Shown piece after piece: positions 36,204 through 44,354 of a DNA stretch of 53,873 bases. Source of the stretch: an uncultured Desulfobacteraceae bacterium (lineage in GTDB: Bacteria; Desulfobacterota; DSM-4660; Desulfatiglandales; HGW-15); the NCBI GenBank assembly GCA_964644375.1, contig CAZXWJ010000002.1, positions 1 to 53,873 of the forward strand. The letters are read 5' to 3'. The position numbers were made by a program, and so were the translations under genes. Position 1 is the first letter of the stretch; each line of letters begins with the position of its first letter. The notes beneath the pieces are model-generated. The model made no database searches. It was not told the DNA's origin and saw only the letters and a list, made by a program, of their open reading frames with translations.

Positions 36204-37820
36204 ATGAAAGTGATTATTCTGGGCTTGGACGGAATGACAATGCGAATTGTCAAGCCATATGTGGATGCTCATTTGCTGCCAAATTTTCAAAAGGTCATGG
36301 CCGAAGGCTTTCATGGCCGACTGCGGTCGACCATTCCACCCGTGACAGGGCCGGGTTGGGCGTCTCTTGCCACCGGCAAGGAACCCGGGAAGCACGGCAT
36401 TTTTGAATTTCGTAAAAGAGAAGGTTATACCTCTCGTTTTCTTACAAAAAACACCTCAATCCACGCCGAGCCTCTGTGGAACATTCTCAGCAGAAACGGA
36501 AGACAGGCCATCGTTATCAATGTTCCGATGACCTACCCCCCTGATGAGTTGAATGGCATTATGATTTCCGGTTTGATGACACCGGGCATTGAATCGCCGT
36601 TTACCTATCCGGCGGATATCAAGCGTGAAATATTCGAAATAATTCCGAATTACAAAATCGACATCGATGAAAAAATGTTTTTGATTTCGCGAGATAAAGA
36701 CCAATTTTTGAAAGCCATTAAGGATCTCACGAAAGATAGAAGACGATTGATGAACCATTTCATTGATCACAAGCCGTGGGATCTCTTTTTTGCCACTTTT
36801 GTCGGAGTTGACAGGATCCAGCACTTTTTCTGGGACGAGATCCTATCCAAGGCCCCAAACTGTGTCGCCTATTATCAATTACTCGATGACATCCTCGGCG
36901 ATATCTTAAAAAGAATGGACGAGGAAACGATGTTATTTGTCGTTTCGGATCATGGATTTACGGATGGTAGACGGGCATTCTGCATCAACAGCTTTTTCAG
37001 GGAAATGGGCTTAGCCACATTGAAATCACAATTCAATGCCCAAAAGAGGCTGGCGAAAATCGGGATGACGGGGGATTCCATCAAGGGCCTACTCCATAAA
37101 ATAGGTCTGATTCGTTTGAAAGAATGTTTGCCATTATGGGTTCTTAACCATTTAAAAAAATTCATACCCAATAAAAGCAGTATTGAAAATGAAATCGACT
37201 GGACACGAACGAAGGTGTTCTCACTGTTTGGGTACGGGTTGATCCATATCAATTTGGTGGGCAGGGAGCCCCAGGGTATCGTTACCAAAGATGAGTACAA
37301 AAATCTGTGCACCTTCATCAAAGAACGGCTCTTGGAAGTAGAAGACCCGGCAACGGGACGAAAGATTGTCCGGTCCGTTTTTCTGGGCAGTGAGATTTAC
37401 AATACGACCTATGGCCATGAGTTGCCCGATTTGATCATCCTCTGCCACGACGGTTTCTCTGTTGTGACCGAGTTCTGGAAAGACATCGTGACAGATACCA
37501 GATTCGGAAATCTGCAGATGACGGGCAATCATGATTTGGATGGTATTTGCATGGCCTATGGTAAATCGATTGAACCCACCGAGATGGATGCACAGATTTA
37601 TGATATTCTGCCGACCGTTCTCTATTCAATGGATATCGGGATCCCCGCTGATGTGGACGGAAGGGTTTTAACGGAAATCTTCTCCAAAGAATTTATCGCG
37701 AAAACAACCCTGCACATCAACAGGGAAAAATCCGACGGCTTATCGGGGAAAAACCGGTTGAGCAAACAAGAACGGGAAACCCTGGAGCAACAGTTGAAAA
37801 ATTTAGGGTATATGGCATGA
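36204..37820 (+). CDS. Alkaline-phosphatase-superfamily enzyme (type I phosphodiesterase/nucleotide pyrophosphatase family)
   Basis: The metal/nucleophile motifs are 'VIILGLDGMT', 'TIPPVTGPGWASLATGKEPGKHGIF' and 'LFVVSDHGFTDG', plus 'MTGNHDLDG'. Confidence 0.7.
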   Translation: MKVIILGLDGMTMRIVKPYVDAHLLPNFQKVMAEGFHGRLRSTIPPVTGPGWASLATGKEPGKHGIFEFRKREGYTSRFLTKNTSIHAEPLWNILSRNGRQAIVINVPMTYPPDELNGIMISGLMTPGIESPFTYPADIKREIFEIIPNYKIDIDEKMFLISRDKDQFLKAIKDLTKDRRRLMNHFIDHKPWDLFFATFVGVDRIQHFFWDEILSKAPNCVAYYQLLDDILGDILKRMDEETMLFVVSDHGFTDGRRAFCINSFFREMGLATLKSQFNAQKRLAKIGMTGDSIKGLLHKIGLIRLKECLPLWVLNHLKKFIPNKSSIENEIDWTRTKVFSLFGYGLIHINLVGREPQGIVTKDEYKNLCTFIKERLLEVEDPATGRKIVRSVFLGSEIYNTTYGHELPDLIILCHDGFSVVTEFWKDIVTDTRFGNLQMTGNHDLDGICMAYGKSIEPTEMDAQIYDILPTVLYSMDIGIPADVDGRVLTEIFSKEFIAKTTLHINREKSDGLSGKNRLSKQERETLEQQLKNLGYMA

Positions 37821-38737
37821 GGGTTATGGAGACCGGACATTCCAAGATATCTGTGTTGATCATCAGCTTCAATTGCTGGGAAGACCTGAATCACTGCATT
37901 CAAAGCCTATATGATACAGAGTTCCCTCTTTTTGAGATTATTGTTTTGGATAACGCGTCTGTTGACGGGACGGCTGAAAAAATCAGGAAAAAGCACCCCT
38001 CTATTCGGTATATTCAAAACGCCGTCAACAGAGGCCATGTGCGTGCCGTAAATCAGGGATTACGAATGGTACGCGGAGACCGGGTCCTTTTGCTGGATGC
38101 GGATACCGTCGTAGCGCGGGATTCCATAAGCATCCTCTCGGCTTTTCTGGACGGACACCCCCAAGTCTGGATGGTGGCACCGAAAACATATAATACCGAT
38201 GGCTCCGTCCAGGAGGGCAACAGAAGGTTTCCCAGGGCAATCAATGGCATTTTCGGGCGTCAGAGTTGGCTGACCCGACGCTTTCCAAAAAATCGATTTT
38301 CCGAACGGTACCTCGCCCGGGATTTTGCAAACAGGCAGAATCCCTACCCTGTCGAACAGGTCGGCGCATGCTGCATGCTGTTTCGCAAATCCATAGTTGA
38401 TGAAATCGGGGGTTGGGATGAAGAATATTTCGGTTATTTCGTGGACTCGGACTGGTGTAAAAAAATCCAGGTCCATGGTGGGCTGATTTACAGTGTTCCT
38501 GCGGCCACCATCATCCATCATGATCAAAACAAAGATTCGCGAAAAAAAAGCCCAGCACGAATCATCGAATTTCAAAAAGGCGCCTATCGTTTTTATTGCA
38601 AGTATTACACCCGCGGCATTTTGGACCCGCGAAGTATCGCTGCAGGTGGCCTTTTGTTCTTGCGAGCCGCGTTTCTCTTGACTCTCAATGCGGCCAAAAA
38701 ACCTGATGGTGCAAGAGAGGACCCACTCTCCAAATAA
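37817..38737 (+). CDS. Family 2 glycosyltransferase
   Basis: ATGA overlap with the upstream gene. Motifs are 'ISVLIISFNCWEDLNHCI..IIVLDNASVDGT', 'LLLDADT' and 'YFVDSDWCKKIQVHG'. Confidence 0.8.
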   Translation: MRVMETGHSKISVLIISFNCWEDLNHCIQSLYDTEFPLFEIIVLDNASVDGTAEKIRKKHPSIRYIQNAVNRGHVRAVNQGLRMVRGDRVLLLDADTVVARDSISILSAFLDGHPQVWMVAPKTYNTDGSVQEGNRRFPRAINGIFGRQSWLTRRFPKNRFSERYLARDFANRQNPYPVEQVGACCMLFRKSIVDEIGGWDEEYFGYFVDSDWCKKIQVHGGLIYSVPAATIIHHDQNKDSRKKSPARIIEFQKGAYRFYCKYYTRGILDPRSIAAGGLLFLRAAFLLTLNAAKKPDGAREDPLSK

Positions 38738-38790
38738 AATATCTCCTTTCGCGTTCAAAGACGTGCATCCTCAACCCTAAATAGAGCGAG

Positions 38791-39411
38791 GTGATAACCG
38801 TGGCACCTTATCCTTATGATTCGAATATTCAGACTGGAATCGCCCATAGCGCCGTTACTATTGTTTCCGGACTGCCCCGATCAGGCACGTCAATGCTGAT
38901 GCAGATGTTGGATGCGGGCGGGATGCCGGTGGTTGTCGACCATGTTCGGCAACCGGACGCAGATAATCCCCATGGATATTATGAATATGAGCCTGTCAAG
39001 AATATCAAGAATGGGGACAGGTCCTGGCTGCACGATTGCCGGGGTAAAGCCGTAAAAATCGTTTCGCCCCTTCTGGAATACTTGCCGCACGACAACCACT
39101 ACCGCGTAATATTCATCAAGAGAAAAATTGCGGAGGTGCTGGCCTCGCAAAAAAAAATGGCGTCCCGACTGGGCGGGAAAGACATCGATGCCTCTGAGAT
39201 GGCTGAAATGTACGAAAAACATTTGAGATATATCATGACCTGGTTGTCGCAGCAACCGGACATGGAAACCATCTATATCCATCATATCGATATGATAAAA
39301 GACCCTTTCGGCCAGACACAAAGGATGAATCAATTTTTGGGACGACGGCTCGACGAGAGGAAGATGGTCCAAATGGTCGACCCGTCGCTCCACCGGCAGA
39401 AAAAGCCGTAA
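38791..39411 (+). CDS. Sulfotransferase-family protein
   Basis: The PAPS 5'-phosphosulfate loop is 'VSGLPRSGTSMLMQML'. The 3'-phosphate motif region is 'YRVIFIKRKIAEVLASQ'. The size (206 aa) fits small cytosolic bacterial sulfotransferases. GTG start. Confidence 0.7.
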   Translation: MITVAPYPYDSNIQTGIAHSAVTIVSGLPRSGTSMLMQMLDAGGMPVVVDHVRQPDADNPHGYYEYEPVKNIKNGDRSWLHDCRGKAVKIVSPLLEYLPHDNHYRVIFIKRKIAEVLASQKKMASRLGGKDIDASEMAEMYEKHLRYIMTWLSQQPDMETIYIHHIDMIKDPFGQTQRMNQFLGRRLDERKMVQMVDPSLHRQKKP

Positions 39412-39468
39412 AAATGTTATTTGATGACCGGGGAGGCCAGGGACAACTGCCCAGAATTCATCAAAAAA

Positions 39469-39513
39469 TTGACAAAACAACCATTTTCATATAAAGTTCA
39501 GTCATAATGACTG
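39469..39513 (+). promoter_or_regulatory. Sigma70-like promoter plus a perfect 15-bp palindrome upstream of the export gene
   Basis: TTGACA (39469-39474) is followed after N15 by TATAAA (39490-39495), or after N17 by TAAAGT. Immediately downstream is the palindrome CAGTCATAATGACTG (39499-39513). Confidence 0.3.
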
Positions 39514-39595
39514 TGAAAATATCATGAGGTCACCTGTGTCGACCCTTTAAACCGCCACATCCTGAGAACGGGGCCGTTCAGAAAGCGCACGATAT

Positions 39596-40621
39596 ATGCA
39601 AAAAACAATGAGGGTATCTGGAAAGTTCAAGACCGTCTTCTTCCATGTCAAGGCAGCAAAATATCTCATGCGTACATGCTTTTTTTCGATCATCCTGGCC
39701 GCCATGGGATGTCAAACCAGCCCCGGCCCGGCTTTGACATCTTCCGACATCTCGAACCTCAACGCCCGATCCACTCCAACCGATTATATACTCGGCTCGG
39801 GGGACGTTATTGAATTGAAATTTTTTTACAACGCCGCTCTGGATGATCAATTAACCATCGGTCCCGATGGGAAGATTTCCCCGCAACTCATCGGCGAAGT
39901 CAAAGCAGCAGGACTACCCCTGGCAGGACTCGATACCCTGCTCACTGAAAAATATTATAACGCACTTGGATACTCCAAAAAAACTTACACCCTTGGCATC
40001 GGGGATGTAATTGCGGTAAAATTTTTTTACAACAGTGAGCTTAACGACGAGGTGCCCATTCGCCCGGACGGAAAAATTTCTTTGAATCTCATCGACGATG
40101 TAAAAGCGGCGGGTCTGACCCCTGCCGAGCTGGATGCCCTGATAACCGAGAAGTACGCCTATCTTCTTAAAACGGAGAATGCCCCTGCCGTTACGGTGAT
40201 GGTAAAAGAATATAAGGTTCCCGAACTGTCCGTGACCCTGAGAGCATCGGCCTCACAGAAGGTTTATTTGGGGGGAGAGGTGGCCAAGCCCGGGATGATC
40301 ACTATACAGGGGACATTGAGAAGTCTGGATGCATTGATCCTTGCTGGTGGGGCGCTCAAGACCGCCCAGTTGAACAATGTCTTGCTGATCAGAAACAACG
40401 GTAGCCAAAAGCCGGATCCCCACATCATCGACCTCAACAAGATCATCTCCGGCGAGTTGATGGATGTCCGTCTCAAGCCCTATGATATCGTTTATGTGCC
40501 GAAGACCACCATCGAGCAGGTCGATCAATTTATGCAGCACATCTACCATATCATCCCGGTGAGTGCGCTATTCGGCGTGCAGTATGACCTGAACCGTGAT
40601 TCCACCATAAGGGTGGAGTAG
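39596..40621 (+). CDS. Outer-membrane polysaccharide export protein (Wza/OPX family) with a duplicated Poly_export domain
   Basis: The lipoprotein-like signal is 'FFSIILAAMGC'. Two Poly_export repeats are present: 'YILGSGDVIELKFFYN..GPDGKISPQLIGEVKAAGL' and 'YTLGIGDVIAVKFFYN..RPDGKISLNLIDDVKAAGL'. The SLBB segment is 'KVYLGGEVAKPGMITIQGTLRSLDALILAGG'. An alternative start lies at 39668. Confidence 0.8.
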   Translation: MQKTMRVSGKFKTVFFHVKAAKYLMRTCFFSIILAAMGCQTSPGPALTSSDISNLNARSTPTDYILGSGDVIELKFFYNAALDDQLTIGPDGKISPQLIGEVKAAGLPLAGLDTLLTEKYYNALGYSKKTYTLGIGDVIAVKFFYNSELNDEVPIRPDGKISLNLIDDVKAAGLTPAELDALITEKYAYLLKTENAPAVTVMVKEYKVPELSVTLRASASQKVYLGGEVAKPGMITIQGTLRSLDALILAGGALKTAQLNNVLLIRNNGSQKPDPHIIDLNKIISGELMDVRLKPYDIVYVPKTTIEQVDQFMQHIYHIIPVSALFGVQYDLNRDSTIRVE

Positions 40622-40873
40622 GCCCACCCTTTTCCCGGTGCAAAAATCGGAGTCAAAGCCGAAAAGAAACCCTATTCCGGATGACGGCCGCTCGAACGAG
40701 CTGGTTGGAGAGTGCGGGCGAAAGTGTCTAAACTTTTGGGACGGCCTGCTTCGACCTGATCGGCCGATGTTCGGGCCAGCCTTTGCTCTTATAAAACCTG
40801 ATCAGGACGATCTCTTTTCAAAAGGCTCAAACCTTGCGTTATTATTTGTTTAGGGTCACGAGCCGTGCTCCTG

Positions 40874-41311
40874 TCATCGGCGCCTTTTATGGAAGTGAAT
40901 ATCACCGTAATAGGCGGTCGCGGATTCCCTGGTATCGTCCGTATCGGTCATGATCACCACCCCGGAAATCATGGGTGGCTCATCTTTGAAAGCATTCCGG
41001 TAATCCTGGTAAAGGTTCCTTTCTTCATTGCACCATGTATTCAGATTCTTTTCCCCGCTTTCGACCACTATCATCATGGACCGATCGGTGTAAGGATTCG
41101 GTACAACCAGGCCCACCGGTATTTTTGAAGACCAAACATAGTTTATGGAGGCTTGAGGGGGATAGGCTCCATAAAGCATCCGTGCAATCTCGTATTGGAC
41201 CTTCTCAGAAAAGCTCAACCTCTTCGAATCATATTCGAAGGTGATAATCATTCGGGCCGGGTTATCATCTCCCTCCTTTTGATAACCGTTGCCTTTTTTC
41301 AGGTTTGACAA
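40874..41311 (-). CDS. DUF3047-like protein, apparently N-terminally truncated
   Basis: The motifs 'KEGDDNPARMIITF', 'INYVWSS..PVG..PNPYTDRSMMIVVESG' and 'VVIMTDTDDTRESATAYYGDIHF' match my recollection of the DUF3047 C-terminal two-thirds. Only a TTG start is available, and four in-frame stops lie within about 60 codons upstream. Confidence 0.45.
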   Translation of the reverse strand: MSNLKKGNGYQKEGDDNPARMIITFEYDSKRLSFSEKVQYEIARMLYGAYPPQASINYVWSSKIPVGLVVPNPYTDRSMMIVVESGEKNLNTWCNEERNLYQDYRNAFKDEPPMISGVVIMTDTDDTRESATAYYGDIHFHKRRR

Positions 41312-41622
41312 ATAAAATAGCGGGGTTACGGTGACTCTCCCAAATCAAATACCGAAGCCTTTAGCCTACAGCCTAAACAACCTGAACAGTTACCCTCGCC
41401 CTTCCTTCAAGAAATCCACCCTGGCTCTCGAGATAACCCCTTGCATGACGGCAAATCTCTCTGATCCCGAACTTGAACTTTTACGCTGTCAGTACAGTCC
41501 GGAAGATTCCTTCGGCGCGAAAGTCATGATGGTCGCCGAGTTACATGGACAAATTATTTACAGTGGCAACACCTTGTAAGGTGGGCTTGTCCCGGCCGAT
41601 CTAGACCCAAAATGAAAAACCG

Positions 41623-42399
41623 ATGAGGGCCTGCATGAAAAAATCAGATCATAGAGGAATCATTGGCGTGGTTGTGTTCTTGACTGTAGGCTTGCTTTCC
41701 GGGGAGGTGTTTGCCGCATCAGATAACAGAGTTGAACACGGCCTGTACGGCGAGCTTTTGCAGAAATATGTCAAGAGCGGCGTGGTGGACTATCGAGGAT
41801 TCAAAACGGAAGAAGCCAAGCTCGATCAGTATCTGAAGTTTCTAGAGAAGACGGATACAAAAACGCTTTTCCGAAACGAGCAGTTCGCCTTTTATATCAA
41901 CGCTTACAATGCCTGGACCATCAAGCTGATCTTGAACGCCTATCCAGACCTTAAATCGATCAAGGACCTCGGAAGCCTTTTCAAGAGCCCATGGAAAAAA
42001 AAGATTGCCCGTATCGATCAGGATGTCATTTCCTTGGACAACATTGAACACGACATCCTCCGTCCCCGCTTCAAGGACCCGCGGGTTCATTTTGCCGTCA
42101 ATTGTGCGGCCAAAAGCTGCCCTCCTCTCAGGTCGGAACCCTATCAGGAAGAGGTGCTGAATAAACAACTCACAGAAATGACTGAAGCGTTCATCAATGA
42201 TCCTGAGAGCAACCGCATTGAGGGGAACACCCTTTATGTGAGCAGCATTTTCAAGTGGTACGCCGAGGATTTCGAAGATGACATAATAGAATTCTTCTTG
42301 AAATACGCCAGGGGAAGTCTCATGGAGACATTGAAAAAAAAACAGGCGGAAATCAAACTCCAATATCTTGAATACGACTGGTCACTCAACGGCAAATGA
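41623..42399 (+). CDS. DUF547 domain-containing exported protein
   Basis: There is a signal peptide. The DUF547 core is 'FAFYINAYNAWTIKLIL..YP..SIKDL..PWKKKIARID..ISLDNIEHDILRPRFKDPRVHFAVNCAAKSCPPL'. Confidence 0.75.
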   Translation: MRACMKKSDHRGIIGVVVFLTVGLLSGEVFAASDNRVEHGLYGELLQKYVKSGVVDYRGFKTEEAKLDQYLKFLEKTDTKTLFRNEQFAFYINAYNAWTIKLILNAYPDLKSIKDLGSLFKSPWKKKIARIDQDVISLDNIEHDILRPRFKDPRVHFAVNCAAKSCPPLRSEPYQEEVLNKQLTEMTEAFINDPESNRIEGNTLYVSSIFKWYAEDFEDDIIEFFLKYARGSLMETLKKKQAEIKLQYLEYDWSLNGK

Positions 42400-42590
42400 T
42401 TGCGATGACCGCAGGGCATACGAAGCAAGAGATATAGGAAAGGTATCCGCAACTCGTAGGGTAGGACATAAACGAGGCTCTGGCCCACGCGGCTTGGCGC
42501 ATTTAAGGTTGATGGTCACGCCTTGACAGGGTCGACATGGCAATTGTCACTGATAGTGACCTTGGACAGCCACAGGCCGCACGTTAGGCT

Positions 42591-42654
42591 GAGGGCCAAG
42601 GACGGCCCTCAGTTCAAATCAATGGATTGCGCGTCCCGCGGACTTCAGCGGGAC
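42591..42654. terminator. Two GC-rich stem-loops between convergent genes
   Basis: The first is GAGGGCC (42591-42597) paired with GGCCCTC (42604-42610). The second is GTCCCGC (42633-42639) paired with GCGGGAC (42648-42654). Neither has a clear U-tract. Confidence 0.35.
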
Positions 42655-42664
42655 TGGATGAAAA

Positions 42665-43129
42665 CTATCTAAATGCCAACACATTTGAGCGGCATCCATA
42701 AATTTCATCAAGGTTTTTTAAATATTTTCGTTTTGTGTAGATTGGCATTTTTAATATCATCGAAAGACTTATTGCATCACTTGCCCGAATCTTAAGCGTT
42801 TGTTTTTTTTCATCTCGAGTCGAGTGGATTAGGCCAACATAATCAGCCTCGGACTTGATTTCGATTTGGGTGATATCTTTTCCCACAAATTCATGAAAAG
42901 AGCCTGTGAATTCCTTGACTAATGCACTATTTTTGTTATCCGGGTTAATCAGGAACGCAATGGTTAATATTTCGGTAATACTTGTATATATAGCGAGGGC
43001 ATTTTTTCTATCTTGGTTATTTGAATTTAGTGTTGGATTATTTGACATCTTTGCCAGAATGACCATCGGCCCATTTTTTGCCGGATAAATTTGAACTCCA
43101 AATACGCTCATCCTTACGAGCATGTCCAT
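42665..43129 (-). CDS. Divergent bifunctional-nuclease-like (BFN/DUF151) protein
   Basis: 'NGPMVILA', 'ALAIYTSITEILTIAFL' and especially 'LKIRASDAISLSMILKMPIYTKRKYL' parallel the BFN pattern (..PVVILG.., LPIWIG..EA.AIA, D.RPSDAI.LA....PIFV). The usual 'RP.THDL' segment is not conserved. The gene is low in GC. Confidence 0.45.
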   Translation of the reverse strand: MDMLVRMSVFGVQIYPAKNGPMVILAKMSNNPTLNSNNQDRKNALAIYTSITEILTIAFLINPDNKNSALVKEFTGSFHEFVGKDITQIEIKSEADYVGLIHSTRDEKKQTLKIRASDAISLSMILKMPIYTKRKYLKNLDEIYGCRSNVLAFR

Positions 43130-43409
43130 CCCCCTTATTTTAAATGGCTATAACTATCAAAAAAACAGTATAATAATATACCCAATTTTTTCAATCATTA
43201 AAACAGCGGGGTTTATATTTTGGACATCGATAAAAGACACCTTGTTGCTGAACAAGCAACCCGAAAGAGGTGATCATCCCGGTCGATGATTTCAGAATAT
43301 CGTACCATCTTTTCGATTCTCTTTGTTGCGGATTTTTGTGTTATTGTGTGGTAAGAACCATAATCCCACAAGGAAAATTTCTACCATATTTTAATCAACC
43401 AAGAGGCGC

Positions 43410-44240
43410 GTGATGATGAGAAATTGTAAAACAATTTGTGGAATGGTACTTTTAATTTTTTTGGGACTCATTTATGTACCATTAGCTAATGCCAGTGATG
43501 TTAAAATTTTTTCCAACAGTAACAAAAATACAGTTCATAACCTCAAAACTACGACATTTAAATTAACACGACCAATGGTCATCACAAGGATCGATACGTA
43601 TCATTGGAATGACCAGAAGGGCACACCTCCAGGTAAAATTGGTATCAGAGGTGTGGGGTTGTGGCAGGCAAAGGGATGGGCTGGTATGCACAATACTCCA
43701 AATGCAAACTGGACGGTACATCCGAATATTAGACTGGAGCCTGGAATTTATGCCATTACCGATTCCGATCCTGCAACTTGGTCTCAAAATTCCGGATCCG
43801 GGGGATTTGGTTTTGTGGAGGTGTTCGGAAAGCCGATTAATGGGTCGTCCTCAACGTCATCTAATAGTGGATCAATTTCAAGTCCTACAGATAATAATAC
43901 GGGTAATTGGGTTGATGGGTTTATCAGTGGGAAGGTTCATAGTGGAAAGGCTTTTCAAGGCAGTAAATCCTGGCCTTTTACGATCCGGATTACAGATTAT
44001 AACAAAACTACAGGCTCCTTTGTCGGGGAACTTACCTGGAATACATTAAATAGCATTCATTTAATCCGTGGCACACTAAATGGCAGTAAAATGAATTTCA
44101 AAGAAGAGGAAGCAATTAAACGAGGAGGGGCTCACCTAAACGTAGTCTACACAACGAGGATATCAAGCAATAATGCCAGGGGTACCTGGGTAGATCAGGG
44201 AGACAAATCCACCGGGGATGTATTGATATCAGGATCGTAA
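43410..44240 (+). CDS. Secreted hypothetical protein (276 aa), two domains joined by a Ser-rich linker
   Basis: The signal peptide is 'ICGMVLLIFLGLIYVPLANA'. The linker is 'GSSSTSSNSGSISSPTDNNTG'. No family was recognised. GTG start, or ATG at 43413. Low GC. Confidence 0.7.
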   Translation: MMMRNCKTICGMVLLIFLGLIYVPLANASDVKIFSNSNKNTVHNLKTTTFKLTRPMVITRIDTYHWNDQKGTPPGKIGIRGVGLWQAKGWAGMHNTPNANWTVHPNIRLEPGIYAITDSDPATWSQNSGSGGFGFVEVFGKPINGSSSTSSNSGSISSPTDNNTGNWVDGFISGKVHSGKAFQGSKSWPFTIRITDYNKTTGSFVGELTWNTLNSIHLIRGTLNGSKMNFKEEEAIKRGGAHLNVVYTTRISSNNARGTWVDQGDKSTGDVLISGS

Positions 44241-44354
44241 GATTTATCTAGTGCCCATCCGGAAATGCACAATTTCCAGAACTTAGGCTCTTCTTAAACA
44301 GTTTGCTTTAAAAACCATACACCGGGTATCGACTCTGCTTTGTTCTCCATCTGA

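Noticed and set aside
38060-39480. Two long antisense ORFs (232 aa and 196 aa) opposite the GT2 and sulfotransferase genes
   Set aside because: Both are shadow ORFs of well-supported sense genes. Their composition is low-complexity and they have no recognisable domains.
40638-40853. A 71-aa ORF between the OPX and DUF3047-like genes
   Set aside because: It has no ribosome-binding site, and its composition resembles a random translation of a convergent intergenic region.
41842-42363. A 173-aa ORF antisense to the DUF547 gene
   Set aside because: The sense strand carries the diagnostic DUF547 core, and the antisense ORF has no support.
42604-42625. The T-loop-like 'GTTCAAATC' raised the possibility of a tRNA or tRNA fragment (an att site)
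   Set aside because: The flanking bases do not form a T-stem (CTCAG against CAATG), and no acceptor or anticodon arms could be drawn. The neighbouring stems are simple hairpins.
43421-43437. The palindrome AAATTGTAAAACAATTT at the start of the secreted-protein gene
   Set aside because: It lies inside the coding region (signal-peptide codons) of an AT-rich gene. With 6-bp arms, it is likely to be fortuitous.
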